64,000 nt of DNA from the human T2T-CHM13v2.0 reference genome, Homo sapiens. Each line of letters begins with the position of its first letter. The stretch's first letter is position 1. This document shows positions 41,610-56,721 of the stretch, in pieces. The translations under genes were made by a program, and so were the position numbers. Under the pieces are notes generated by a model. That model was not told the origin of the DNA. It saw only the letters and a list, made by a program, of their open reading frames with translations, and did no database searches. Location of the stretch: NCBI RefSeq assembly GCF_009914755.1, contig NC_060929.1, one strand, 5' to 3'.

Positions 41610-42760
41610 TGGCTGAATCCTCCTCTTCTGCTCAACCTCTGAGTTAGGAGGGCCCCAGGAATCAGCCTTCTCCATCTGCAGTCAAGCTCTGGATGATTCA
41701 TCGATTTCCATGACTTCATGGGTATTACAGAGGCTCCCAACACTGAAATTTCTATTCCCACCTTCGTCCAAAATCCAAACTTCTCTGTCTTAATGGCCCC
41801 GCATTTTCCACATGGATGGCTAATAGTCATCTCAAACTCAGCGTGTCCGAGGTGAATTTCTGATTTTCCTCTTCCGCAAACCTGCTCCTCTAAGTCCTCC
41901 TTCACTTTAGGCAACTGTGTCCTCCTGCTGTTCAGACCAGAGAACTTGAAGTCATCCTTGAGTTGCCTCTTTCTCTCATATCCCACCTCCAGCCTATCAG
42001 CACATCAAGTAGGATAGACCCTGAAAATGCATCTAGAATGTGATCTTCTTTACTCCTTTGTCGCAGGAAGTCTGGTCCAAGCCTTTGCCATCTCTTGCCT
42101 GGATTACTGCAGTATCCGGGTAACCAGTGATCCTGTTTCTGTTCTTGCTCCCCCTACAGGCTGTTTTTAAGCACAGCAGCCAGAGGGAGCCTTTTATAAT
42201 GCGAGTCAGGCCATGTCACACTTCTGCTCCAACCCTCTATGTCCTATGTCACCCAGAATCCAGCCCAAGTCCCATCTTGATCTTACCCTCCCTGCCTCTT
42301 TGACCCCATCTACTGTTCTCCCCTTTCTCACTGCTTAAGTGACAAAACTACCTTGCACATCTTAGAACCCACCGGGTACACTCCTGCCGCAGGGCCTTTG
42401 TGCTTGCTATTCTCTCTGCTTAGAATGATTTTCCTCCCACATCTCTGCATTATTTGTCCCACAAATTCCTCCGGGTCTCTGCTCAAATGTCACTTTATCA
42501 ATAAAGCCTTCTCTTACTACCTCATACAAAATAGAAGCAACTCACCACATCTTACCCCCACTCTTATTTTTTTTTCCCATCGCCCTTATCAACATCTAAC
42601 AAACTACAGTATATTTACTCTCTCATCTATCACTCCAGTCAGTTGTAAGTTCTGTGAGGTCAGAGTTTTGTGTATTTGCTTTGTTGCTGTGCCCCAGAAC
42701 CTAAGACTAAAAACCATAGCAGCTTTATGTTATGTTGATACATTTGTGCAAAATATGTGG
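41610..42760 (+). mobile_element. L2 3' fragment
   Basis: catctcaaactcagcgtgtcc...gtcatccttgagtt...tctcttgcctggattactgcagt...gggcctttgtgcttgct. Confidence 0.75.
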
Positions 42761-44337
42761 GAAAATCACATTTAAATTGATCACTAAGTCAATGAGCAGC
42801 CCAAGACAATTCTTATTGTTAATGGGAATTCTAATTCTAATTCTACAAAGAGACACATTTCCTAATTTTGCTTCTTGTGGGCTAAAGTTCACTTGAAGCT
42901 CTACTCCAAGAGCACTTGTCTTCAAGCTAATGGAGGATACTGACCCAGTCGTGTGCTTGGGAGATGGAGAAGAAGCCCTACCTGAGATTACAAAATTTCA
43001 ATTTGGCTGATTCACATGTGAACCAACAGGGTAATTCTAGTAATTCTACAGAAGGGAGGAGAAGAATATCTGAAAACAGAGTTCAAATCAATAAAATATC
43101 ATAAGGACATAGGCAGTAAGTGAATCCACATTTCATTAAGAACTGAACGAGACAAGGCAACAATACATTGCAATAGAAAAACACTGAAGCAGAGCAAGCA
43201 GCATTCCCATAATAATTTTGTGGCACAATGTTGTTAAATAGGAAAATTGTAGAATCTTTCTTTTGAGGCTCATTAACTCCTCTAAGCAGTGGGATGGCAA
43301 CCAGCACACAAAGGGTCTCCTGGTCAGTCTTTGCCAGATCAGAGTCTCTTAATCATCATCAGAATGAAGCAGGTATGGTGACTGGGCATGAGCCAGAGTC
43401 TCTCTCACTTCTTCCACTGTTTGCACGTTTATCTCCTACCCCTATTTGCTTATCATAGCATGATCTATTTAACACATAACCGCAATCTTATCTGACCTTG
43501 CTACTACTCACTTATTTTCACACGTCTTTAGTAAACATCTCATTGCATTTCCCACAAGCTCTGATCCAAATGTCTTTTTTATTTCCCACAATGTTGGTCC
43601 CACCTCTATTTTCTTTATAAAGGCAACAGAAATGAGAATAGCATGTACTGAGCACTTGCTATGGGTTATGAGGTGTGCTATGTTGCCTGCATAATTTTCT
43701 TATTTTGTCCTTGTAATAATGCTCTGGGTTTGCTATTACTTTCCCCTTTACAGGTGAGGACACAGAGTATCATAGAGGTTAGGTGACTTGCACAGGATTG
43801 CCCAACTAGGCTCAGGCAGAGCTGTGATTCAACTCCAGTAGAGACCAATGCCAAAGCCCATGCTCTTTCCTCCACACCACATTGCCTCCCTTCGAGATGG
43901 GAATCTCTGAGAGCTGTAAGAATGTCCAATGTGAGCCTTTTCACTTTTCCTCTTACCTCTAACAGTGCCCAGCTTTGCTGCTTCATGTAACCTCTGCATC
44001 CATACTTATTCTCTCATCCTTCCCTTCAGTCCCAGAGTACCAAACCTCTTAAAGTCTGTTTGCTCCTATCATGCTATAGGTCCTAATCCCTCCCCAACCT
44101 CTAAAACTCTAGTCCATCATTATTTCCAATATTTTCTTTTTTTGGTCTCTCTCCTCTGGCCACTTCCCCTCAGCATATAAACCTGTTCAAGACTTAAAGA
44201 TATGGGGGAAATCTCTTTCCCATAACACTACTCTAATTATGCCTAGAGTTACTTTTCTCTCTTTCTCTCTCTGTTTTCTTTTACTGTCAGACTTCTTAAA
44301 ATAATAATTTGCCCTCACTCCTCCTACTTTACCACCT

Positions 44338-45160
44338 GACAGTTATTTTTATGAACAGATATTCAATTTTGTCAGATAATTATTTTCTGCATCTAAAAAG
44401 TTATCATATGCCTTCTCTTTTTTAGAATATTGATATGGGAAATTATTTTGTTTAATTTTGAGTGATGAACCAGTCTTGCATTCCAGGAATGTATTACACT
44501 TTTTGTACAAAAATGGATTTCATTTACTAATATTTTCCTTTTTTTTAATTTTTTAAATATATTTTTTGTTATACTTTAAGTTCTAGGGTACATGTGCACA
44601 ACGTGCAGGTTTGTTACATATGTATATTTTCTTGAGAATTTTTTGGTCTGGGTTTGGGAGAGATATTGGTCTATAGTTTTATTTTCTTATAATATACTTG
44701 GTGTTCATAGAAGGTTAATTCTGGCATCATAAACAAGTTAGTATGCATTCATTCTATTTTATAGAAGAGTTTATGTAAAATTAGTTTTTCTTCCTTAAGT
44801 ATTTCCAATAAAGCCTCCTGAACCAGAGTTTTCTTTGTTGGAAGAATTTTAATTACTAATTCAATTTATTTAATAGCTATAGGATTATTATCTATTTCTT
44901 CTTGGGTGAGATATGGTGTCTTTCAAGGAATTTGTCCTTTACATCTAAGTTCCTAAATTTATTGGCAAAAAATTTATAATATTCCCTTACTATTTTAACA
45001 TTGGTAGGTTCTGTAATGATGACCTCTTTTTATTCCTGATAGACGTTTTTCATCTTTTTTCTTGGTCACTTTGGCTAGAGATTAATCAATTTTATTCATC
45101 TTTTCAAATAACCAGCTTTTTAATTTTACTAATTTTTATCTATTATTTTTCTGCTTTGCA
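44338..45160 (-). mobile_element. old L1M ORF2 fragment containing a short L1PA 3' insertion (~44540-44626)
   Basis: tgaaccagtcttgcattccaggaat, ttttcaaataaccagctttt L1 antisense motifs; inner ttatactttaagttctagggtacatgtgcacaacg flanked by atattttc repeats. Confidence 0.7.
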
Positions 45161-47649
45161 GCCAATTTTTTAAGCTGTAAAATATCTTGCTTTCTCCTTA
45201 CTAATCCACTGAAACTTACCTCAGAAATGTCCTAAATGGCCTTTCAATAAACAAACACGGTAGCAATTTATCTCCATATTTGTACCCTATTCATCACTGC
45301 CTCGTTTTTAAAATTTTATTTTCCCTTGGATTACAAGAGAGACTACAAACTCTGCTGTCCTTTTACCTCTGTAATTACTTCTCCTTACGTAGTTCATTTT
45401 CTCTTCCTATGTCTCATCCCATTCTCTCTTGAGTATTACAACCATCTACTTATCTTCCATTCTCATCGGTATGTAAAGGACTTAAATATTTTTCTTCATC
45501 TCTGACTTCTGTGACCTGCAGAAGCTCATACACATCTACCTACTAGACTGAAAATCCTGCAGGGCTTCTTAGATATAATCTCCAAATTTGAGTCATTGTC
45601 ATTACTTATCTCTTTCCAGATACAGGGCATTTGGACATCAATGGGGCATTTTACAGTTATTCATATCTCCATATATCCTTGGGAACAAGGTAAACAAATA
45701 TGGCTAGATGCAAAGACAAGTGAATTTGTAACTGGTGAAATAACTTTAGCAAACACAGAAGATTCATACATGAGTTATTCATTAACTGTCTTTCTCAATG
45801 GACTGATGGCTATAGGGGATACTGACCACGTCTGTCTTATTCACCTCTGTGATACAGTCCAACAACAAAGATACTCAAAGAGAGGTATAGAATTCATGTT
45901 AATTAGAATTGTAGTTGACACAAAGTTAAAAGAGATTGGAATTAAATTATGTTTACTAAGAGAAAGAAGACCCAACAATTTCTTGAAGGATGAGTCCCAC
46001 CTAACAAGATGGAGATATTAATATTAGGTAACAATAGATAATGATAGCTAGTATTATTGAGGGTTTACTATGAGCTGGGAACTGTGCTAAATGCTCCTTA
46101 TCTCATTTAGTTCTGATAATTCTTTGAAGTAGGTACCCTTAAGATTGCCATTTATATATGAAGAAATGAGGTTTAGAGAAGTTACGTAACTTACCCAAAG
46201 TCACACAGCTGGTAAAAAACAGACACAGACTAAGAAACCAATACTAACCCCAAAAGCCATCCTCTTACCCAGTTGTCTATGCTCAGGTACAAATAACCCA
46301 CCACACAAACACAGGATGAAACATGGCTTAGCAGTGTTTAAAAATAAAAACAAAGGGCTTTGTTCAAAGTCAAGTGAATCTAATTGACTGTGTTATGTGG
46401 CCCCAAGAGAACCCATTATCTTCAGAGAATTAGAGGTAATACAATAGCTCCAATAATGGAGGTGCTGACTTTCCTCTGTTTGTGGTGGTCAGACCTCAAC
46501 TGCAGTTCTGGATAAAGTTCATGGCCTCATACTTTAATATATGTGCACTCTATGCAGATAAACTGGGATATATGTCAGTTCTATACACATGCATTGTGAC
46601 TGAAGTGAGGAAACTTCATCTTTGAGAAGAGAAACTTCAGATTTGGGGGACAAGGAAGATAAACTTACTTCAGATTTAGGGACGCTATCACCAACCATTT
46701 GAAAAACTGTTTAGATGAAGCATCTTTTCCGGGCCTCCAGGGATGAACTAACACTAGTGGTGAATGATAAAGCATGAGAGATTTCAGCTGACCATTGAAA
46801 GCTATGAGCTCCCTCTCTCCAAAAGTGCAGAAGTATTCTGACAGAGGCAGGGTTCACTGTGGCAGGGAAGTTGACAGCCATGGCAGGAGCCCAGTCCTTT
46901 ACCTCTTTGTCCTGCTCCTCCAGAAATTTCATCTCTACTGAATCAGTTGCTCAGCTCTGCTACCCAAACTTCTATCTCCCCAGTGGACCCTTTCAGCTTA
47001 TCCTTTATCATGTGTGGTTCTCTCACTTCTCTAGAACACTTTGACTAGGCTTATCACACTGTGAGTATCCCAAATTTCCTTGCACTGGAACTCCAGGCCT
47101 CGGAGCCCAAAACCATACCCAGCCACTTAGTTGCTGTCCTATCCAGGCCAGTCTATGGTTCCCTAACAGACGATTAAAGTGGGAGAAGAGGGGATACAGA
47201 CATCAGATGTGGCATTTGACTGGATGACCTTCTAGCCCCCTCCATTTCTGAGGCTCTACAGGAAAAGCTCCTCCTCCTAACTTCCCATTCTATATTAATG
47301 GCAACATCTGTGGTTCTTCTGGTCTCCCATACTCAAAACTTCAGAGCTGTCCTTGCTTCCTCATTCTCTCTCTCCCGTCATACCCAAGTTTTACTGGTTA
47401 CTCTTTGTAAATATTTCTCACAATTTTCCTCTCCTTTGGGTTCCCACGGTCACTACTGTATTTCAAAAGCTCTCAAAATATTTTTTCTAGACTTGAAATA
47501 CTCCTCAGTTGACCCCCTCTGCTTTCTGTATCTTCTCCCCAATCCTCTAAATTTCTTTCCCAATACAGTCTCTACACTACTCTCAATGCAATATTCCTGA
47601 AACTCTGATTAAGCATGTCACATTTTTGCTTAAAAAACCTTCCTTCTGA

Positions 47650-48122
47650 GGCCAAGTATGGTGGCTCACACCTGTAATCCCAGTACTTTGGGAAGCCAAG
47701 GTGGGAGGATTGCCTGAGGTCAGGTGTTCGGGACCATCCTGCTCAACATAGTGAGATGCCATCTCTACAAAAAAATTAAAAACTAGCTGGATGTGGTGGC
47801 ACGCACCTGTAATCTCAGCTACTAAGGAGGCTAAGGTGGGAGGATCACTTGAGCCCAGAAAATCAAGGCTGCAGTGAGATATGGTCATACCACTGCACTC
47901 TAGCTTTGGCGACAGAGCAAGACTCTGTCTCTACAAAAATATATATATATATATATTTTAGTTAGCTAGATGTGGTGGTGCAAGCCTTTAGTCCTAGCTA
48001 CCCAGGAGGCTAAGGCAGGAGGATTGCTTGAGTGTGGGAGGTTGAGACTATAGTGAGTCAAACTGCACCACTCCACTCCAACCTGAGCAACAGAGTGAAA
48101 CCTTGTCTCAGGAAAAACACAC
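47650..48122 (+). mobile_element. AluJ-like element with three monomers (L-R-R)
   Basis: extra right arm at ~47960-48115; single TSD aaaaa(a/c)ccttccttctga at 47632-47649 and 48123-48140. Confidence 0.8.
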
Positions 48123-50048
48123 AAAAACCCTTCCTTCTGACCCCTCCCTACTAAATGAATTTTGGATTTCGTAGAATGTTATTCAGAACCTGACTCTAAT
48201 CTATCTTTCAGTGCTTACTCATCTTTTTCTTACACTGAGCACCTAACCCAGCTTCACTCAGTATAGCTTCTGGCACTTGTATACTTAATAAATTTGGAAC
48301 GAATTAATTAATGAAGAGGGAAGTCACCCACTAAAGGAAATTTTAGGAAGTGGAGACGAACTCTTTAGAGCAGAGATGTTTCTATAATCTTATATGTACC
48401 TTATGCTAGATCTATAGAGATAATTGAATTAATGTTTACAGGATTGTGTGTGTGTGCATGTGTGTGTGTGTGTGTGTGTGAATGAGTGTGTGGAGGTAGA
48501 AAGAGTGTCACTTTTCTTCTCCCCAGCTGGCCCCCTGTAGCTCAGGATAGATGAGACTAGGCACCATGAGGGTACATCTACTAGAGGCTGAAAAGCTCTA
48601 GTCTACTACATGAAAGCTAATGAGAACCACAAAGTCTATTATAATCAACTGCTTTTAGGACCTGGAGCCTGATCTAATCCTAAACAGGTCAGCCCTGCAG
48701 CTTGACATCCAGGCTGTCTCTACCCATTTCTTACTTAAACAAATGGTGTCCTAACTCTGCCTCAACACCATTTGCAAATTATTTTATCTCCTTTCATACA
48801 TTACTGAATTTGACTTAATAACAAATTCATGTTGCCTGTTGGCATAGCTCCTACTGTCTCCAGTAGCTTTTCTGCCATGTTCTCTGGCAAAGACATAAGA
48901 CTTAGCAGGGCATCCTCTATTAGTTACTAGATACATCGCTGAACATTCTTTTGAGCCAGGGACAAGAATATGCACAAGCACATTCACTCGCAGATCTTAG
49001 CATAAGGACTGGGTGAAATCTTGTTTTCAAGCTTGTTTCAAAACAAATCTGGAAAGAGATGCCACCAGAGTCTTGTGGCTGCAGTTCAAAGCCCCAAAGG
49101 GCCGCACTGGGCTCAAAGCAGCGCCTTGAGCACTCGAGCTCCAAACACATGCTGTTGTGTCTTTGCTCACTTCATACTAACCACACGGAGAAAATAGCGA
49201 CAGCCTCACCTTGCTGTGCCCCCACAAACCTGGCTGAAACCACAACATCCTTCTCATATATGGCAGACTCCACCATGCGCTCCAGAGAGTGAGGCTCACT
49301 CTTCTCCCAACAGATTTCACGGTGAGCCCATTTCATGGTAATGTCCTTTTAAATTAAGGAGAGCTTTGCACCATGCTCCCTCCAAAAGCATCCAAGGGAA
49401 TAGCATCCTCAATCGGAAAACATCATTTAGCTTTCTGATGCTTCAGGAGCCCTTTACAAATTATTTCGGAATTTAGCTACCCTTTATAAAGTTTGCCCAT
49501 TGTGCCAGGTGCATGCTTGGCAAGTTCCTTTAAAATACTAAGATGCATATATTGCTGTTTTTTCTTTCAGAGGGCAATTTCCTCCAAGCTGATAAACATG
49601 TTTCTAAAGACTGCATTTTCCTAAGGAAGCTGGGAGAAGTAGCGAGCAATAATAAACACTTATTGGATATGTTGCATGTGCCAGCTACTATTCTAAGCAC
49701 TTTGTAAGAATTAGATCATTTAATCCTCATGTATAGGGAACCTTAAAAGGTGAGTATATCACTAGCCTCGTTATGTAGAAAAGGGAGCTAAGGCATGAAG
49801 GGGTTAAGGAGCTCGCCTGATTCACAGCCAGCAAAAGGCTAGGATTCTCACCTAGGGAGGAATCTGTCTCCAGAGTCTTTGCCCTTAACCATCTGACTAG
49901 ACTGCTTCTCTGTCACCTATGGGCCATGTACAGGCATCATGAGGTATGACCAGGCATGTAAAGTCCCCAAGAGCTTCTCTGAGCTAAGGACTGAGCCTCC
50001 TAACCCTCTGCATTTTGAGCATCTGCTCCCTACTACAGAACTTTGCAT

Positions 50049-50337
50049 GGCCGGGCACAGTGGCTTACACCTGTAATCCCAGCACTTTGGGAGGCTGAGG
50101 CAGGTGGATTATTTGAGCTCAGGAGCTCAAGACCAGCCTGACCAACATGGTCAAACCCTGTCTCTATTAAAAATTCAAAAATACCTGGGCAGTAGTGGCG
50201 CATGCTTGTAATCCCAGCTACTCGGTAGGCTGAGGCAGGAGAACCACTTGAACCCAGAAGGCAGAGTTTGTGGTAAGCCAAGATCGAGCCACTGCACTCC
50301 AGTCTGGGTGACAGAGTGAGACACTGCCTCAAAAAAA
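50049..50337 (+). mobile_element. AluS-like
   Basis: full dimer; TSD aactttgc. Confidence 0.9.
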
Positions 50338-50962
50338 CTTTGCCACTGGGGCCTTAGCTTATGAAACCTGATTTTCTTGAGCTATGTACCTCTTTTGCAG
50401 CTACTTGGCTTTTGTCACCTGTGCTCCTAATGTCCCTATCCTCACTCCCTGATTCTGGTCTCATATTTCTGGTCACAGTATTCTTTTGTTTGACCATCTG
50501 ACCTTGCCCTGGGTCATCCACTCACTGACTAGCCTCCCAGCTCAGCAAGAAGGGTCTAAACTCTTTGTCATTGTAGACACTTTAGACTGATGACAGCAGA
50601 ACAGATGAGCCCCCAGAATACGCTCCTCCAAATCAGCCTCTCTGCTGCAGAGGGGTCATGATAAATTCAGGTTCCTCTGTAAGCCTAGTACCTGCTTGTA
50701 ATGGCCCAACGGAGGAGCATGTGCTAGAACTGAATTTCTTCAACTGCATGATTATGAGACACGGGGACGTGGGCTGCAAACACAGATGATGAAGACTTAG
50801 CAGGCAATTAGAAAATATGTAGCAGGCTAGACTTTTCCACAAATGGCTTCTCAATCTATTTTTAAACCTTCCCACTTTAAAAAGTGAGCACGAGACAGAT
50901 TTTGCTTTTCTTTTAATTCTTCTAGAAGAAAACAGAGCACAAGCACTATGATAAACAGCAAT

Positions 50963-51299
<337 letters not shown>

Positions 51300-52247
51300 T
51301 CATTTTCAGTGCTGGAGAGGCCACAGGGCATGGCAAGGGCTGTCACACATTAACTGGCTGCTACCAAATGTTACCGGGTAGTGCTGTGGGAAGCCAGAAA
51401 CTCAGACATTTATGTAAAATCTCTTAAATTTTAAGTATTGACAACCAATTCAAATATTTCACAACACTATGTGGTCCAGCTTTGTGTAAATCAAATAAAT
51501 ACGTTCGTGGAGCTTGTATATATGGCCTGTGGCCTACCAATTTTTCAAGGTCAGATTCAAGCAAGTCAGAGAAGGTCTGGGCTTGGCAGTGAGGGCACAG
51601 GCTTCAAGTCAAGGCTTCACAGTTTAAAACTATCTGCCCAGGGCCACCACTAGCTCATTCAGGGCCCTTGGGTCTCCTCACAAGGCACTCTCTTGGAGGA
51701 TAAATGATAAAAAGACATCCCTTCCTTCAGACTGATGTAGCACATGGCAGGGAACAACAGACTGGCTAACAAAGGTTAGCTTCCATTCTCCTCTCAGCTG
51801 GTTACATTATTGCAGAGCATAAGCCACCCGACCACATGCAGCTGCCTTAGGTGGCCCCAGCCAGCAAACCTGGACACTCAAACCATATGGGTGAAAAAAT
51901 TTAAGAATCTGAGGAAGGAAGACAATCAGCAGCCAAGTTCTCCAGTTGTTGCTCTTCAATTCCGAGGCTGCCAGTCATTTGATCCCTGGGAGTCTAGGGG
52001 TGCACAGTTGGCAAAATCAGAGCTACAAGCCTCTTGACAGCCTGTTTTCCCATCACCTGCATCTCTGGCCCACGCTAGACACAGAAGGTTAGAAGTGAGA
52101 TACTGCACAGATACGTGGGATGAAGTTGAGCCTTGAAGAAACCTATAAGTGGTAGAGTAGGACAGGCCCCAAGAATAAGCCTGCAAACACATTGCACAAC
52201 CTGTTGATTCATTTGCCCACAATTCCTTTGCATTAAGAGGATGTTTA

Positions 52248-52646
<399 letters not shown>

Positions 52647-55092
52647 CTACCACTATTTTCAGGCTACGGTCACTGAGATGGTGATTATCATCTACCCACC
52701 TATCAATAGTAATCAAACTGTTGATCTGGAAATCACAGATGGGGGATCTATTTCCAAATTGGCTCCAGGCTCGCTTCACAAGGCACTCCTCTCCTTTCAT
52801 AGAAATTCTCAGGAACAAGAGAGCATGGGGAGAAAATGTATTCCCCATACCCACCCCACACACGGTTCCCTTTCATGGCCACCAACACATCTTTTTTATT
52901 CTTTGGGGAATAAAATAAGATTTCTACTGAGAATAAAATGTGTCTTCTGAGAACCACATTACTGATTCTAGTGGAGCATTGAGGGAAAGCCTCCCCTTTT
53001 TTCTCCTCCCAACCTCTGTTCCCTTCCTTCTGTCCCAGGACCCAACCTTCCACACCAGACATTCCCCAGAGCTGAGCTGCGTAAGGCAGCATGCAGCATC
53101 ACAGAACCTGAGAACAGAGAGCAACCTCCTCCTCACTCCATCATCCTGTGAGGGGCTGGGTGCTGCTCTGTCCCATGCAGAATGGAACTGGTTTCCATTT
53201 CCACTCTAGAGAGGGCAAGAAGAGATGATTAAGGTCTAGGTAGGACTGACCTTGCTGTGGAGCCACTGACTGAACAGCTGGCTGGACTCTTGCCCCTGGA
53301 AGCTCCTCAAGAGTTTTGCAGATCGTATCTGCCTTGCCATGAAACCCTCTGATTCAGGTACTAGAGCTCAGAGAAGTCCAAGCAATAAACGATTATTTCT
53401 TTTGAGTGTAGATTTTTTGCTGTGGATGTAGCAGGAACCCCAGCATAAATTTAATTTGGGACTCAGACGCCCACATGCAGGAGGTATGATCCTGAGACCA
53501 AATATACCTTGAACATCAAAGAAAACAGAGCCCAGCAGCTAGATTTTATGACAAGACCATGGCCACAGTGTGTTTTCTGATACTTGGATTTGTCTTCTAG
53601 CAAAGCCCCCTATGCCCATGGCCTCAGGAGAGAGGAAGCTGTTAAGTAAATGCCAAAAAATGGTGTTTCACTAGCATCCTGGGACCTGGCCCCTTCATAC
53701 CCCTAAAGAAGAGAGACTAAGTTATTTCACTTCATCCAGAAGAATGTCATGCAAGCTTTGTCCCCTCCACCCTACACACATGCTAGAACTCCAGTGTCCC
53801 AGCTGCAGCTGGAGACAGATGCCCACTGGGAGAAAGAAGCTGCTCTGTAGAAGAAAAAAAAAAATCCTGGCAGGAGTGGCAGGTACCTGAAAGCAGGGAG
53901 CAAAGCCAATGAAAAGTAAGAAATGGCAGATTATTTGATGGCCAACCACATGTTTGTGAACATTAATCAGTACAACTCCCCCCACCCCATAAAAAATCCC
54001 CCAAATAGTTAGGCAACATTTTCCAGGCTGGTGGTCCTGAGAGAATGGGTGGGTTTGCGTACATGAGCCAAATAAATTTGCATCATTGCTCTTAATGTAA
54101 AGCTATGGAGACCCAAAAGGTTGTGGCTCCTGGAGAAATTAGATTTCAAAGACTGATATATTTTAACCTTCAGAGACCTTTTAGAACTTGCATATATTTT
54201 CAATTTAGCCTGCATAAAATATTTCCTAAGAATAAGTTGTATGTACAATGCATCATTGAGGTAGAAGGGGAATTCTTGTCCTAGGAAGATTTACAGGAAC
54301 CATCCGTGTGATGAGGATGCTCCGTTTCTAACCTAAAAAAGCAGGACTACTTACCCTACTCATTTGAACCTCACCCCCCACTTCGGTGTCAACAAATCTA
54401 ATTGTGGACCCTGCAACCAAGATGTTCCATACTTGTTTGCCAACTCCTTGATTCACAGCAAACCTGAGAACCCCCATATCCCAAGAAGATAAATCAGTCA
54501 GAATTTTTTAGTGCAACTTCCTGATTTGGGGAAGTCTTAGATTATTAAAAATTTAACAGTGGGATGGTGATCACAACTGTTAAACTATGGGAATGTTGCA
54601 GAGGAAAGTTTGAAAGTGTTCTGTAACACTGACTCACTGTCTGCCTTGTCAAATGTTCCCTGTCAGAAAAACCCTCATTGACATCATTACATTTTCATAT
54701 CCTCAAAAAGCAAGCCATGTTGCTTGGAGAATTTTCCTTTACCACTGCATTTTTTTAAACTGGAACACACTAACTGACAATGTGGGCATTAGTGTGTGAG
54801 GCGTACACGTGAACCACGGTCTACTATCTGCCTGCAGATTTGAGGGTGGAAAGTAATCACAACATTCGCGAAGAGCTGTTCTTAAAATTTTTCTAAATAG
54901 GAATACATGCACATGAAAAAGTTCAACATTATACAAATATTTAGTAAAAAAACAATTTCCATCCAAGTCTGTCTGTCAGTTCCCATCCTCCATCCAAAAG
55001 TCAACCACTGTTAGTAATTTCTTAATTATCCTTCCAGAGAAGACAGTTAATAAATATATTCCCAACTTAACAGATTGCAAGTGATTTAAAAA

Positions 55093-55257
55093 CAGTAATT
55101 TTTAAATGGTAAAGTGCATATGGATCACCCAAAGATCTTATTAAAATGCAGATTCTGATTCAGTAGGTCTGGAATGGGGCTGCAAGCCTGCATCTCTAAC
55201 AAACTCCCAGCTGAGGCTGTTGCTTCTGGTCCATGAACGATACTTTGAATAACAAGT
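55093..55257. mobile_element. MER5A hAT-Charlie MITE
   Basis: aaaatgcagattctgattcagtaggtctggaatggggc...tctaacaaactcccag. Confidence 0.8.
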
Positions 55258-55945
55258 ACTTTAAACATTATACTTACTCTAATACATGCTGGTAGAAATG
55301 TGAATTAATACAGGCTTTTTGGAAGCAAGCTTAGAAAATCCCATTAAAATCAAAAATATTTTAAGTCTTCAACCCAAAAATCTCATTACTGAGGATCTAA
55401 TCCATAGGAAAACAATAGATAGATAGATAGATATAAATATATTAATAAATATATAGGTCATATATATTTATCAATGCTTTTTTCCCAATAAGTAGAAAAC
55501 AAAGCCCTACTTAAAGGAAGCAATTGAGTTAATTGTAATATAACTATAACATGGGACACTGTGCTATCATTTAAAAAGAGAATAAGATTTCAGAGATAAC
55601 TGGTTCGTTTAGAGATTTCCAGAATGTATTGTTGTTGTGTGTGCAAAGCTAGACTCAGGCAAGTATATATTATATAATCCTCTTTTTGCAAAATAAAAGA
55701 CAAAAAATTAAATGCATTTGTTTGTCTTTCCATATATGAATGTGTGTAGTGTCTATACTCATAGATGTGTATATGCTATATATGATTCTGTCAGCATATA
55801 GAAAAATATGTAAGATATGCTCTAAGTTATTAGCCTGAATTTAGAGGATAAAAGATTATTGTGCATGAAAGGGCAAACAAACAAAAAAAATGAGAGGAAA
55901 ACTGCATTTGAATAGCATGTTTAATATCACATTCATGTAAAATTA

Positions 55946-56612
<667 letters not shown>

Positions 56613-56658
56613 ATCTTATTCTTTTTATTTTTAAGAAACCTATATATGCCATCAAGCA

Positions 56659-56660
<2 letters not shown>

Positions 56661-56716
<56 letters not shown>
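56661..56716 (+). repeat. (TA)n(CA)n microsatellite
   Basis: direct observation. Confidence 0.9.

Positions 56717-56721
<5 letters not shown>

Noticed and set aside
45596-46021. 141-aa ORF downstream of SPEF2
   Set aside because: Non-ATG start, no recognisable domain, no phase-linked exons; lies among decayed L2/MIR sequence
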